From the NCBI GenBank assembly GCA_964631685.1, contig CAZVZU010000007.1:26092-90091 (forward strand): a DNA stretch of 64,000 nt. Reading direction: 5' to 3'. Each line of letters opens with the position of its first letter. The stretch's first letter is position 1. The position numbers were made by a program, and so were the translations under genes. This DNA comes from an uncultured Actinomycetes bacterium. Lineage in GTDB: Bacteria > SZUA-79 > Acidulodesulfobacterales > Acidulodesulfobacteraceae. Positions 1 to 10,585 of this stretch are shown in pieces. The notes below the pieces were generated by a model. It was given only the letters and a program-made list of their open reading frames with translations, ran no database searches and was not told the DNA's origin.

Positions 1-994
1 AATAACCGACAAGGTGATTACTAAGCTTAAGAACCAAAATATAAAAATATTAGAATACGAAGAAAATATAAGGGAGCTTAATACGACATTAAGACACAAG
101 GGCGGAGTAGTTCGTCCTGCCAGATCCCAGGAATCTAAACGGATAGAGAGCATAAATAAGCTTATAAACGAATATAAATCCAAGATAATGTTGATAGAAT
201 ATGAGGTAGGGGTCCCAAGGGATGAACTGCAAGGTATTGTTGAAGCGATAAAGATTGGAGAGGAAAAATCTAAGGTTGCAAAGACCGAGCTTGTTGAGGC
301 AAATTTAAGGCTCGTGGTGTCTATTGCAAAGAAGTATTCAAATAGAGGGTTGCAGTTTTTGGATCTTATACAGGAAGGCAATATCGGACTTATGAAGGCT
401 GTTGAGAAATTCCAATATCAAAGAGGATATAAATTTTCAACATATGCAACGTGGTGGATAAGGCAAGCGATAACTCGCGCTATTGCCGATCAGGCTAGAA
501 CGATAAGAATTCCCGTTCATATGATTGAAACGATTAATAAATTAATAAGAACATCCAGATCTTTAGTTCAAGATATCGGAAGGGAACCTGTACCGGAAGA
601 GATTGCGGAAAGGATGGATCTTCCTATAGACAAGGTCAGAAAGGTTTTGAAAATAGCAAAGGAGCCAATATCCTTAGAGACTCCGATAGGTGAGGAAGAA
701 GACAGTCACTTGGGGGATTTTATTGAGGATAAATCTACCGTTCTTCCATTAGAAGCGGCCATTAATACTGACCTTGAGGAGCAGACAGGAAAGGTCTTGT
801 CCACGCTCACCGAAAGAGAGGAAAAGGTGTTACGTATGCGGTTTGGCATCGGAAGAAAGTCTGATCATACATTAGAGGAAGTCGGGCAGGAGTTTGGGGT
901 TACGCGAGAAAGAATTAGACAGATAGAGGCTAAAGCATTAAGGAAGCTTAGACATCCAAGTCGTTCCAAAAGACTTAAAACATTTGCAAAGTAG
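1..994 (+). CDS. rpoD: RNA polymerase primary sigma factor (sigma-70 family), 5' end cut by the window edge
   Basis: The frame stays open to position 2, with no stop upstream of 14. Region 2 is present ([16 protein letters not shown]; [29 protein letters not shown]), as are region 3 and the region 4.2 HTH ([30 protein letters not shown]). Confidence 0.93.
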   Translation, partial: ITDKVITKLKNQNIKILEYEENIRELNTTLRHKGGVVRPARSQESKRIESINKLINEYKSKIMLIEYEVGVPRDELQGIVEAIKIGEEKSKVAKTELVEANLRLVVSIAKKYSNRGLQFLDLIQEGNIGLMKAVEKFQYQRGYKFSTYATWWIRQAITRAIADQARTIRIPVHMIETINKLIRTSRSLVQDIGREPVPEEIAERMDLPIDKVRKVLKIAKEPISLETPIGEEEDSHLGDFIEDKSTVLPLEAAINTDLEEQTGKVLSTLTEREEKVLRMRFGIGRKSDHTLEEVGQEFGVTRERIRQIEAKALRKLRHPSRSKRLKTFAK

Positions 995-1003
995 TGGATT
1001 TTA

Positions 1004-1079
1004 GGGCCTATAGCTCAGCTGGTAGAGCGGCCGGCTCATAACCGGTTGGTCCCTGGTTCGAACCCGGGTGGGCCCACCA
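1004..1079 (+). tRNA. tRNA with CAT anticodon (elongator Met, or Ile2 if lysidine-modified)
   Basis: 76-nt cloverleaf: acceptor GGGCCTA/TGGGCCC, D arm GCTC-AGCTGGTA-GAGC, anticodon stem GCCGG/CCGGT with loop CTCATAA, T arm CCTGG-TTCGAAC-CCGGG, encoded CCA. The G1-C72 pair and the lack of a GGG/CCC anticodon stem argue against an initiator tRNA. Confidence 0.9.
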
Positions 1080-1087
1080 TTTTAAAA

Positions 1088-2206
1088 ATGTCATTATTAA
1101 TAAAAGATGTCGTTGATAAATTAGAGAGTTTGATCCCGCTACGCCTTCAGGAAAAATGGGATAACTCGGGGTACCAGATAAAATTAATCAATGAGTGTCT
1201 TTCTGGTATCATAACATCATTAGATCCAACGGAGAGGTGTGTCAATCTTGCGGTCGAGAGGGGTTTTAACCTTATCTTGATTCATCATCCTGTTTTTTTT
1301 CACCCTGCACGTTCGGTGGATTTAGATTCCGAGGACGGTAAAGTTTTTAGTTTACTTGTTAAAAATAGAATATGTGTCTATTCGATGCATACCAATTTGG
1401 ATTCCTCGCGATATTCAATGAGCCGTTACATTGCGAATAAGCTTGGCGTTAGAGAGGTCTTACCCTTAAAACCTTGTAAGGGCAAGTTATATAAGTTTTC
1501 TGTTTTTATTCCAAAGGGGTACGTAAAACAGGTGAGAGATATCCTTTTTAAATATGCAAATCCCAAAATAGGAAACTATGAAAATTGTTCCTTTGAAAGC
1601 AGAGGGATTGGTTCCTTCAAACCTCTTTCGGAAGCAAACCCCTTTAGTGGTAATCGCGGGGAGACGTCATTTGTTTCTGAGTCCAAACTCGAGATTATAA
1701 TTGATGAAAAAGACATAGACGAAACAATAGAAGCGCTTAAAAATACCCACCCTTACGAAGAAGTTGCTTTTGATTTGTACCCCCTTTATGATATTAGAAG
1801 TAATATTTATGACGGTATGGGGGCTATGGGAAGTTTTCATTCAAAATCCTATTTTAATTTTAAAAATCTATTAGAGAAAATAAATAATGAATTTAATCCT
1901 TTGTTTATGCACTATTGCGGAGGGTTAAATAAAGAGATTAAAAAGGTTGCCGTTGTTTCTGGAAGCGGGTTTTCGTTTATAGATGAGGCCCTCAAAAATA
2001 ATTGTGATGTTTTAATATCTTCCGAGCTAACGCACAGCAATGCTATAAAGGCAAATAAAAACGGCATTTGTTTAGTGGAACTTTCGCATTTTGATACGGA
2101 GCATCATTTTACAACTATTCTTAGAGATATCTTAATGAAAGAGTTTGATACCCCTGTAATAGAAAATAATGGGGATAATAATCCGTTTTTTAACTATAAA
2201 TTATAA
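1088..2206 (+). CDS. NIF3 family dinuclear-metal-centre protein (YqfO/GTP cyclohydrolase 1 type 2 homologue) with inserted PII-like domain
   Basis: NIF3 motifs LILIHHPVFF, MHTNLD and ELSHFDTEHHF. The start was moved to ATG 1088 because the 1046 start in the ORF track lies inside the tRNA. Confidence 0.85.
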   Translation: MSLLIKDVVDKLESLIPLRLQEKWDNSGYQIKLINECLSGIITSLDPTERCVNLAVERGFNLILIHHPVFFHPARSVDLDSEDGKVFSLLVKNRICVYSMHTNLDSSRYSMSRYIANKLGVREVLPLKPCKGKLYKFSVFIPKGYVKQVRDILFKYANPKIGNYENCSFESRGIGSFKPLSEANPFSGNRGETSFVSESKLEIIIDEKDIDETIEALKNTHPYEEVAFDLYPLYDIRSNIYDGMGAMGSFHSKSYFNFKNLLEKINNEFNPLFMHYCGGLNKEIKKVAVVSGSGFSFIDEALKNNCDVLISSELTHSNAIKANKNGICLVELSHFDTEHHFTTILRDILMKEFDTPVIENNGDNNPFFNYKL

Positions 2207-2218
2207 AGGAGGAGCGAT

Positions 2219-3001
2219 TTGAACGAGCAGATTTCATTTGTTATAGAGGTCCAAAATATTGATATGCATTTGTTGAAATTCAAGGAAGGTGCAAAAAGAA
2301 TATTAAGCAACATTGAGGAGATCAAGCTTGCCATCAATACAAAGAAAGAAAGGCATGAAAGGCTAAAGGAAGAGTCCGGGGAATTAAATAAAAAAATAGT
2401 TGCAGAAGAAATTAACGGAAAATTGTATGATGACAGAGTAGCTAAAATGAAAGATGCTCAAAAGCTTATTCAGACCAATAAAGAATACAACGCAATGCAA
2501 AAAAGTATAAGAGACAATGAAGCGTTGAAAAAGAAATCGGACGACGATATATTGTCTTTTTTAACCGATAAAGATGCATTGAATGATGAGATGTCGCAAC
2601 TACAAAATGAGATTAATGAGTTATCGGACAACCTTGCCAAAAAGAATAATGAATACAAGGAACAAGAGCTAGAGCTGAATTCTGTAAAAAAAGATTTTGA
2701 CGACAAAAAAATTGCACTTGTTGATAAAATAAAAAAAGAGTATTATGCTGTGTATGAAACGATAAAGAAGAGCAATAAATTGCCCGCCATAATTCCAGTG
2801 ACGCAGTCAGGTGCTTGTACCGGGTGTTATAGGATGCTTCCTCCCCAGCAATTTAACGAGCTTTTATCTGAAGCATTATTTATGCAGTGTCCGATTTGTT
2901 CAAGAATACTTTACGTGGAGAAGGATAAGGATGCCCTCGTAGAGACTGTGCCTGACCAAACTTTTGTTTCGAAAGGAAAGAAAAAAACAGCAAAAAAGTA
3001 A
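2219..3001 (+). CDS. Coiled-coil protein with C-terminal C4 zinc ribbon (COG1579-like)
   Basis: TTG start preceded by GGAGG. A long K/E-rich coiled coil is followed by CTGCYRMLPP...QCPICSRIL. It directly follows NIF3, a common pairing. Confidence 0.75.
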   Translation: MNEQISFVIEVQNIDMHLLKFKEGAKRILSNIEEIKLAINTKKERHERLKEESGELNKKIVAEEINGKLYDDRVAKMKDAQKLIQTNKEYNAMQKSIRDNEALKKKSDDDILSFLTDKDALNDEMSQLQNEINELSDNLAKKNNEYKEQELELNSVKKDFDDKKIALVDKIKKEYYAVYETIKKSNKLPAIIPVTQSGACTGCYRMLPPQQFNELLSEALFMQCPICSRILYVEKDKDALVETVPDQTFVSKGKKKTAKK

Positions 3002-3101
3002 GTTTAGCATTGATGTATACCGTCAATAGGAACTATATTTTCTATCAGGAAATTTTTGTAAATTGTAAATTATAACATAAACTGTTAAAATAAAAGACAG
3101 T

Positions 3102-3444
3102 TCGCAAGCAAAAACAGTTAGTCGCAAAGATCTTTATTAATGAGGTTTTTGAGGAAAGTCCGGGCTCCGCAGAGCATAACGCCGCTTTATACCGGTAAAG
3201 GTAACTTTAAGGAAAGCGCAACAGAAAATATACCGCTGTAATGATTTATCATCACAGTAAGGGTGAAATGGCGAGGTAAGAGCTCACCTGGGCGCTGTGT
3301 AAATAGCGACCATTGCAAGCCCCGTTAGGAGCAAGAACAAATAGGAAAACTTTAAGGTTGCTCGCCTTCTATGGTTTTCGGGTTGTTCGCATTACAGAGA
3401 AATGACTAATTCATACAGAACCCGGCTTATGGGTTTGCTTGCGA
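3102..3444 (+). ncRNA. rnpB: RNase P RNA, bacterial type A
   Basis: Universal motifs GAGGAAAGTCCGGGC (3151 region), AGGGTGAAATGGCGAGGTAAGAGCTCACC and ACAGAACCCGGCTTAT (3415-3430). The P1 stem pairs CGCAAGCAAA (3103-3112) with TTTGCTTGCG (3434-3443). Confidence 0.92.
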
Positions 3445-3468
3445 TTATCAAATATATCAACCACGTTA

Positions 3469-5274
3469 ATGGAAATTAAAAACGTAAGAAATTTTTCAAT
3501 TATAGCGCATATAGACCACGGAAAATCCACCCTTGCCGATAGATTTCTTGACTTTACCGGAGCAATAACCGAAAGAGAAAAAGTTGCACAGTTCCTCGAT
3601 AATATGGAGCTTGAACGTGAAAGAGGGATTACAATAAAAGCCCAAACCGTCCGGCTAAATTATACTTACAAGGGGGAGCATTATTTACTTAATCTCATTG
3701 ATACGCCTGGTCACGTGGATTTTTCCTACGAGGTTTCAAAGTCTCTAGCCGCATGCGAGGGTGCGCTCCTTGTTGTTGACGCTACGCAGGGTGTTGAGGC
3801 GCAGACACTTGCTAATGTCTACATTGCCTCCGATATGAATTTAGCTATCATTCCGGTTATAAACAAAATTGACTTACCAAGCGCAGATACCGAAAAAACA
3901 AAGGGAGAGATCGAGGAAGTTGTCGGACTTGACGCCGAGAATGCTATCTTGGCAAGTGCTAAAGAAGGTATAGGCATAAGGGAGATACTTGAGACGATAA
4001 TAGATGAAGTTCCTGCACCAAAGGGTGAACCGACTGCTCCCCTCAAGGCCTTAATCTTTGATTCATGGTTTGATGTATATCAAGGGGTCGTAGCGCTTGT
4101 TAGAATATTTGACGGTAATGTTGTTCCGGGAGACAATATAATGCTTATGAGTTCAGGCGCTTCCTACGAGGTTCAAAAAGTGGGTATTTACAGTCCATAT
4201 ATGACGGAATTAGGCCGCTTGAGTGCCGGAGATGTTGGTTTTATTATTGCAAATATAAAAGATACCGCCAGATTTAAAATAGGGGATACTATTACCCTAA
4301 AAAAAACCCCCGCCGATGTTCCTCTGCGCGGTTTTAAAGAGCCAAAACCTATGGTGTTTGCAGGAATTTATCCTATAGATGCAAGCGATTACGGCGAATT
4401 TAAAGATTCAATCGAGAAACTTAAACTTAACGATCCCTCGTTTTCCTACGAACCGGAGAGCTCTCTTGCCTTAGGATTTGGATTTAGATGCGGATTTCTG
4501 GGACTTTTACACATGGAAATAATAGTTGAGAGACTGGAAAGGGAGTATAATCTTGATTTAATTTCGACATCACCTACCGTTCTTTATAATATTGTTACAA
4601 AAACAGGCGAAGTGAGGCAGGCGCTTAATCCTATGAAGTTTCCGCCGTCTGATGCAGTTTCTATTCAGGATGTTGACTATATTGAGGAGCCTTTTATCAG
4701 GGCTAATATTTATGTTCCAACACAATTCTTGGGTAAGATCATGGCTCTTTGTATTGAAAAAAGAGGGCAACAGGTTGAGTTAAAATATATCACTAAAAAT
4801 AGGGTTCAACTCGTTTACGATTTGCCGCTGTCCGAGATGGTTCTAGATTTTTACGACCAGCTCAAATCAATGTCGAAAGGTTATGCATCTTTTGATTATG
4901 AGATTAATGGTTATAGGGCGTCAAATATGATAAAGCTTGAGATTCTCGTTAACAAGGATCCTATTGATGCTCTTTCTGTTATTGTCCATAGGGATAAGGC
5001 CTATACTCGCGGAAAAAATATCGTTGAAAAACTTAGAACTCTGATCCCGAGGCAATTGTTCGAGGTCGTTCTTCAGGCACAAATAGGGTCTAAGATTATA
5101 GCAAGAGAAGAAATTAAAGCTTTAAGGAAAAATGTCCTTGCAAAGTGTTACGGCGGCGATATTACCAGGAAGAGAAAGCTGCTGGAAAAGCAAAAAGAAG
5201 GCAAAAAGAAGATGAAAAATATAGGTTCGGTGGAAATTCCCCAGGAGGCGTTTCTTTCTATACTTAAAGTATAG
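3469..5274 (+). CDS. lepA: Elongation factor 4 (translational GTPase LepA)
   Basis: [21 protein letters not shown]1 motif, [13 protein letters not shown], and the LepA-specific C-terminus ([23 protein letters not shown]). ATG 3469 was chosen because the track start at 3439 overlaps the rnpB P1 stem. Confidence 0.95.
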   Translation: MEIKNVRNFSIIAHIDHGKSTLADRFLDFTGAITEREKVAQFLDNMELERERGITIKAQTVRLNYTYKGEHYLLNLIDTPGHVDFSYEVSKSLAACEGALLVVDATQGVEAQTLANVYIASDMNLAIIPVINKIDLPSADTEKTKGEIEEVVGLDAENAILASAKEGIGIREILETIIDEVPAPKGEPTAPLKALIFDSWFDVYQGVVALVRIFDGNVVPGDNIMLMSSGASYEVQKVGIYSPYMTELGRLSAGDVGFIIANIKDTARFKIGDTITLKKTPADVPLRGFKEPKPMVFAGIYPIDASDYGEFKDSIEKLKLNDPSFSYEPESSLALGFGFRCGFLGLLHMEIIVERLEREYNLDLISTSPTVLYNIVTKTGEVRQALNPMKFPPSDAVSIQDVDYIEEPFIRANIYVPTQFLGKIMALCIEKRGQQVELKYITKNRVQLVYDLPLSEMVLDFYDQLKSMSKGYASFDYEINGYRASNMIKLEILVNKDPIDALSVIVHRDKAYTRGKNIVEKLRTLIPRQLFEVVLQAQIGSKIIAREEIKALRKNVLAKCYGGDITRKRKLLEKQKEGKKKMKNIGSVEIPQEAFLSILKV

Positions 5275-5287
5275 AAAACTTTTACCT

Positions 5288-6886
5288 TTAATTTGATTTT
5301 CTTCCTCTATTGCCCTTCACAAACATAGCGCATATTGCCCCCAAGGTACACAAATAACCCAAAATCATATAAACATCACCGTATGCGCCGATTAGAGATA
5401 ATTCATGAATTAAATAATCAAGAATTTTGATAGGGTTGGATGGGTGTCCGATCGCCCTGGTTATGGAGTTTCCATTTTTCATTATGTTTTCACGCAGAAT
5501 ATTTATTATATGGCTAAATGCATAAAAATTGTAGTTAATATCCTTCGTGTATTGATTTAAATGGTAAATCTGTCTTATCACAAGCTCGCTTCCCGACCAC
5601 GCTATGCCAAACGATGCGCCTATCTGGAATAAAACATTATACAGCGCCGATGCGTCGGGTATCTGTTCTGAGCTGGCAGAATTTATCACAACCATCATAA
5701 CCGGTGCGTTTATAAGGCCTACGCCTACCCCTCTGATAAATTGATTATAGACAATAAACGGGATAGATGTTTGCAGTGAGATGCTCCCTAATTGAAAATT
5801 TGCCAAGGCAAAAATCAGCATACCTGCCACAAGTAAATATTTAGGACCATATTTATATTTATCGGCAATTTTTCCCGCAACAGGTGATATAACGGCAACG
5901 GCAACGGCAAACGGCACCATTAAATATCCGGCATGCATTGCGTTGTAGCCGAGTATATCTTCGATAAATATAGGCAATAAAAAAAGTGTACTAAAAATAC
6001 TGCCGGCCCTTATCATATTGACAATATTTCCGGATAAAAAATTATTATTTTTAAATAAAGAATAATCCATTAGATAACGATTGGAGAATATTTCGACAAT
6101 TATAAATGAGACTAGTGCGATTCCGCATATTAATTCAATTGATATGATTGAAGGGGAATTCCATCCTAATGCTTGTCCCTCATTCAAAACATACAGCAGG
6201 GTACCAAGGCTTATTGCGATTAGAATAAAACCCGCATAGTCAAACTTCTTTGTAAATGGTTTCAGCGGTGTATCTTTTTTGAGTAGTAAAAAGGAGGCCA
6301 AAAGCAAAAGTATCCCGATAGGGACATTGAAATAAAATATCATTCTCCAATCTACATAGTCTACGAAATATCCGCCTATGATGGGCCCTAATGCCGGGGC
6401 GACCATTATTCCGATAGTCCATATTCCCATGGCAGTTCCTCTCTCGGATGCCTTGAAATATTTCGCTATTAAACTAATGGAAATAGGTATAAGCCCGGCC
6501 CCCCCGATGCCTTGGATAACTCTAAATAGGATCAAAAAGTTATAAGATGGGGCAAAGCCGCAAAAGGCTGAACCGATAAGGAAACAGATGATGGATATTA
6601 TAAACGGTATCTTTAACCCGTATTTTCTACTCAGGTAACTTGTGAGAAGTATAATGATAGAGTATGTTATCGTGTAAGCAATCATAACCCAATCAATGGT
6701 TGTGACATTTACGCCAAAGTGTGACATCATTGTCGGTAATGCAACGATTACAATATTGATATCCAATATTGCCATAAAGGAGGCCGTAACGGATATTGCA
6801 AGTATAAGCCACTTGGAATGAATACGTTTACTCTTGCCCTTATTCAACGATATTTCTGCGTGATTCTTTATATCCAAATTTTCCAT
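5288..6886 (-). CDS. MFS transporter, 14-TMS DHA2 (EmrB/QacA-like) drug:H+ antiporter family
   Basis: 532 aa and highly hydrophobic. The N-terminus FMAILDINIVIVALPTM is typical of EmrB-type MFS proteins, and the length fits 14 TMS. Confidence 0.82.
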   Translation of the reverse strand: MENLDIKNHAEISLNKGKSKRIHSKWLILAISVTASFMAILDINIVIVALPTMMSHFGVNVTTIDWVMIAYTITYSIIILLTSYLSRKYGLKIPFIISIICFLIGSAFCGFAPSYNFLILFRVIQGIGGAGLIPISISLIAKYFKASERGTAMGIWTIGIMVAPALGPIIGGYFVDYVDWRMIFYFNVPIGILLLLASFLLLKKDTPLKPFTKKFDYAGFILIAISLGTLLYVLNEGQALGWNSPSIISIELICGIALVSFIIVEIFSNRYLMDYSLFKNNNFLSGNIVNMIRAGSIFSTLFLLPIFIEDILGYNAMHAGYLMVPFAVAVAVISPVAGKIADKYKYGPKYLLVAGMLIFALANFQLGSISLQTSIPFIVYNQFIRGVGVGLINAPVMMVVINSASSEQIPDASALYNVLFQIGASFGIAWSGSELVIRQIYHLNQYTKDINYNFYAFSHIINILRENIMKNGNSITRAIGHPSNPIKILDYLIHELSLIGAYGDVYMILGYLCTLGAICAMFVKGNRGRKSN

Positions 6887-7098
6887 TTCAGGGGGTTTAA
6901 ACTAATAAGATATTAGCGGTAAAATTAATCGGATTGCTTATATTATATATCAACGAAATTAATTTTGAAACCGCGGCGTATATCGGCAGGTTTTAATTTA
7001 TAGACTTCAAATAAAAAAATTGATATAATTTGAAAGGTTATCGATCGGTTTATTGTACATATTTTATCAGTTTAATTTAAAATTATTACATTTACTTT

Positions 7099-7764
7099 AT
7101 GCGTAAAAATACTTTATGGGATTATTTCAAGGCAATAGTTGTAGCAATAATTATTGCTCTTTTTTTCAGAACATTTATTGTGCAAGCATTTAAGATACCC
7201 TCTGGCTCGATGGAGCCGGATCTTGTGCCCGGAGACCATATATTAGTTAATAAGTTTGTTTACGGTATTCATGTCCCCTTCACAAAGTCTATTATTCGTA
7301 TGTCTCATCCTAAAACGGGGCAGGTAATAGTCTTTAAGTTTCCTTATGCAAATAGGTATAATCTTCAACCGGGGATTGATTTCATAAAAAGGGTTGTTGG
7401 AACGCCAGGAGATAAAATTCAGATTATTAATAATAGGGTTTATATAAACGATCACCTATATTATTGCAAGAGTGCCAGATGGATATCGAATAATATAATG
7501 TCTGGCTATGATTCTCCAAGGGATAATTATGGACCCGTAATAGTTCCAAAGGGCAAGCTTTTTGTTATGGGAGACAATAGGGATGATAGTTTAGATTCAA
7601 GATATTGGGGTTTTGTGCCGTATAGAGATGTTATAGGACAAGCGTTTATTATTTACTTCTCGTGGAATCTCAGAAATCATTTTGATGTTTATTATAAAAG
7701 ATTTTTTAAAAGGATTCCAGACTGTTCCTTTAAATATAAGGCAGGTAAAATGACAAATGGTTAA
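7099..7764 (+). CDS. lepB: Signal peptidase I
   Basis: N-terminal TM, catalytic Ser box IPSGSMEPDL, Lys box DFIKRVVGTPGD, and GDNRDDSLDSRYWGFV. Confidence 0.9.
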   Translation: MRKNTLWDYFKAIVVAIIIALFFRTFIVQAFKIPSGSMEPDLVPGDHILVNKFVYGIHVPFTKSIIRMSHPKTGQVIVFKFPYANRYNLQPGIDFIKRVVGTPGDKIQIINNRVYINDHLYYCKSARWISNNIMSGYDSPRDNYGPVIVPKGKLFVMGDNRDDSLDSRYWGFVPYRDVIGQAFIIYFSWNLRNHFDVYYKRFFKRIPDCSFKYKAGKMTNG

Positions 7765-8329
7765 ATTGGGTGATTTTAAAAGATCAAACAAAGGCATGCT
7801 TTTTGATAATTTTGCAACAAGCGATATTTTAAACGGTTTTATAGATTCCATTTTAAGGGCAATAGAAGATAAACTGAATCCGACTTTTGATTTAGCCAAC
7901 ATCGTTATAATAGGCATAAAGGAGGGGGGAGTCCCATTGGCTAATCTAATAAAGGAAGATATCAAGGATCGTTTTAGGGTAGATTGTGAAATTGGCTACA
8001 TAGACATGACCCTGTATAGGGATGATCCCTTTAGAATAAAAAAATCGGTTAAATCGACAGAGTTACCGTTTGATATAGAAGGCAAGGATATTATTTTAGT
8101 CGACGATGTGATAAATAGCGGCAGGACGGTCAGGGCGACGATAGACGAGATTTTTGATTTTGGGAGACCTAATAGCATTAAACTCGCAGTTTTTATTGAT
8201 AAAGGCGGAAGAGAGTTGCCTATATGTGCGGATTTTGTGGGAAAGAAGATTAGAGCGGGAAAGAATAATAATATACATGTGGATATTTTGAGCAAAGAAA
8301 AATGTGTTGATAAAGTTATTAAAAAATAA
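7757..8329 (+). CDS. pyrR: PyrR bifunctional pyrimidine regulatory protein / uracil phosphoribosyltransferase
   Basis: PRPP-binding loop ILVDDVINSGRTVRA, about 190 aa, sits directly upstream of pyrB. It overlaps the lepB stop by 8 nt. Confidence 0.85.
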   Translation: MVKLGDFKRSNKGMLFDNFATSDILNGFIDSILRAIEDKLNPTFDLANIVIIGIKEGGVPLANLIKEDIKDRFRVDCEIGYIDMTLYRDDPFRIKKSVKSTELPFDIEGKDIILVDDVINSGRTVRATIDEIFDFGRPNSIKLAVFIDKGGRELPICADFVGKKIRAGKNNNIHVDILSKEKCVDKVIKK

Positions 8330-8343
8330 TATTCTAATTTTCA

Positions 8344-9279
8344 ATGAGCTTCGATAAAAAAGACCTCATTTCTGTTAACGATCTTACCGAGTCCGATATC
8401 TATTATTTCATAGAGACCGCAAGGGAATTCAAAAAAATATCATTAAAAAATATAAAAAAGGTTCCAACTTTAAGGGGCAAAACCGTTGTCAATCTTTTTT
8501 ACGAACCATCCACGAGAACAAGGGCATCGTTTGAGATTGCGCAAAAGAGACTAAGCGCAGATTTGTTAAATATAAGTATTCCGCAGAGTTCGGTTGCAAA
8601 GGGAGAAAGTTTAAAGGATACGATACTGAATTTAGAAGCCATGAAACCGGATGCATTCGTTGTAAGGCATTATGAATCCGGCGCGCCGCATTTTATATCC
8701 AAAATAACAAATGCATCTGTCATAAATGCAGGTGATGGTATAAACGAGCATCCGACCCAATGTCTTTTAGATATTATGACTATCTTGGAGGAAAAGGAGG
8801 ATATACGCTCTCTTAAAGTGGCGATTATAGGTGATATTTACCACTCTAGGGTCGCAAGATCTAATATGTACGGGCTATCTAAGCTTGGGGCGGATATTTA
8901 TTTATATGGGCCACATTCCCTCTTGCCCAGGCGTAAGGATTTTCAGAATCTATGGAATGTGAAATTTGCAAAGAATATAAATGAAGCGGTGAAAAATGCA
9001 GATGTTATAATAATGCTCAGAATTCAAAAGGAAAGGGATAGTCATCATTCAATACCGTCTATGGAAGAGTATAGGAATTTTTTTAAATTAACAACAGATC
9101 TATTATCCTTGGCATCAAAGGATGTAATAGTGCTTCATCCTGGTCCCGTAAATCGTGATGTTGAAATAGCAGGCAGTATCATTAATGCAAATAAAACCCG
9201 TATTCTAAGGCAGGTTGAAAACGGTGTGGCGATAAGAATGGCATGCCTTTATATTTTACTTGGTGCACAAAAAAATTAA
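8344..9279 (+). CDS. pyrB: Aspartate carbamoyltransferase catalytic subunit
   Basis: FYEPSTRTRASFE carbamoyl-phosphate motif, HPTQ, HPGPVNR. Confidence 0.95.
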   Translation: MSFDKKDLISVNDLTESDIYYFIETAREFKKISLKNIKKVPTLRGKTVVNLFYEPSTRTRASFEIAQKRLSADLLNISIPQSSVAKGESLKDTILNLEAMKPDAFVVRHYESGAPHFISKITNASVINAGDGINEHPTQCLLDIMTILEEKEDIRSLKVAIIGDIYHSRVARSNMYGLSKLGADIYLYGPHSLLPRRKDFQNLWNVKFAKNINEAVKNADVIIMLRIQKERDSHHSIPSMEEYRNFFKLTTDLLSLASKDVIVLHPGPVNRDVEIAGSIINANKTRILRQVENGVAIRMACLYILLGAQKN

Positions 9280-9283
9280 GTAT

Positions 9284-10561
9284 ATGCGGAAATTTATCAT
9301 AAAAAATGGGATAGTCGTAGACCCGTCTACCGAGACCGAGGTTAAAAGGGATATTTATATAGAAAATGGGGTAATAAAGGACTTCATAGGAACAAAAATC
9401 GCGAAAGATATTGCAATAGTGGATGTGACAAATATGGTTGTTTTGCCTGGACTGATAGACATGCACGTTCACCTGAGGGAGCCGGGTTTTGAATATAAAG
9501 AAAACATTAAGTCTGGAATGGAGGCGGCGATAGCCGGCGGGTTCACATCTATTTGTTGCATGCCGAACAGCAATCCCTCAAATGATTCTAAAGCCGTAAA
9601 CAGTTTTTTACTTAATAGCGCAAGGTCTCTCAATTTGCTCAATCTTTTTCCTATCGGAGCTATTTCAAAGGGTTTAGATGGAATATCTTTGGCCAATATA
9701 GGTGAGTTGAAAGAATCCGGCGCAGTTGCAATAAGTGACGATGGAAACCCTGTGGAGAATAGTTCGCTTATGGCCGGCGCGCTTTTGTATGCCAAAACAT
9801 TTGATTTGCCGGTTATCTCTCACAGTGAGGATGTTACATTGCGGGGAAAAGGCGTGATGAACGAGGGCGTTATCTCACAAAGGCTTGGGGTTGCCGGAAT
9901 TCCCAGTATTGCCGAAGACATAGGTGTCGCAAGGGATGTGATGCTTGCCGAATATTATGATGCAACGCTTCATATTGCGCATGTTTCCACTAAAGGCTCA
10001 ATTGATATAATCAGACGGGCAAAAAAGGCGGGCGTAGCTATTACATGCGAAACCTGTCCGCATTATTTTACCCTTTCAGAGGATTCGCTTTTAGGCTATA
10101 ATACAAATGCTAAAATGAATCCTCCATTAAGAACGGAAGAAGATGTTATCGCTGTAAAAGAGGCTTTGTCGGATGGAACGATAGATGTTGTGGCGTCCGA
10201 TCATGCTCCTCACACAGAAGATGAAAAGGATACCACATTGGACGATGCGCCATTTGGGATTATAGGACTACAAACATCGCTCCCCTTAACATTAAGGTTG
10301 TACAACGAGAAAAGATTAACGCTAACGGATATATCAAAGCTCATGTCCTTCAACCCCGCAAAAATTTTGAATTTGGGTGATAGAGGGGCTATAAAAAACG
10401 GGTTTATAGGGGATATAACTATTATTGATGTTAATAAAAAGTGGATATTCACAAAAGACAAGATTAAATCGATTAGTAAAAATTCTCCTTTTATCAATAT
10501 GAATTTTATTGGATTACCCATGTATGTCGTTGTTAATGCCAATTTATTCAAGGTAAATTGA
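9284..10561 (+). CDS. pyrC: Dihydroorotase
   Basis: LPGLIDMHVHLREPG metal-binding HxH motif and VASDHAPH. ATG 9284 was chosen because it lies just after the pyrB stop; the track start at 9260 overlaps pyrB. Confidence 0.9.
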   Translation: MRKFIIKNGIVVDPSTETEVKRDIYIENGVIKDFIGTKIAKDIAIVDVTNMVVLPGLIDMHVHLREPGFEYKENIKSGMEAAIAGGFTSICCMPNSNPSNDSKAVNSFLLNSARSLNLLNLFPIGAISKGLDGISLANIGELKESGAVAISDDGNPVENSSLMAGALLYAKTFDLPVISHSEDVTLRGKGVMNEGVISQRLGVAGIPSIAEDIGVARDVMLAEYYDATLHIAHVSTKGSIDIIRRAKKAGVAITCETCPHYFTLSEDSLLGYNTNAKMNPPLRTEEDVIAVKEALSDGTIDVVASDHAPHTEDEKDTTLDDAPFGIIGLQTSLPLTLRLYNEKRLTLTDISKLMSFNPAKILNLGDRGAIKNGFIGDITIIDVNKKWIFTKDKIKSISKNSPFINMNFIGLPMYVVVNANLFKVN

Positions 10562-10585
10562 TTATCCTAAATTTAAATTATAAAT

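Noticed and set aside
1046-1087. The longer NIF3 ORF start (MVPGSNPGGPT...).
   Set aside because: These codons are the T arm and acceptor stem of the tRNA(CAT) read as protein.
7600-8344. I looked for a PyrR binding loop/attenuator (ARUCCAGAGAGGYU-type) in front of pyrR or pyrB.
   Set aside because: pyrR overlaps lepB and pyrB follows after 14 nt, so there is no leader. I saw no CCAGAGAGG-like motif in this window. Any regulatory RNA targets must lie elsewhere.
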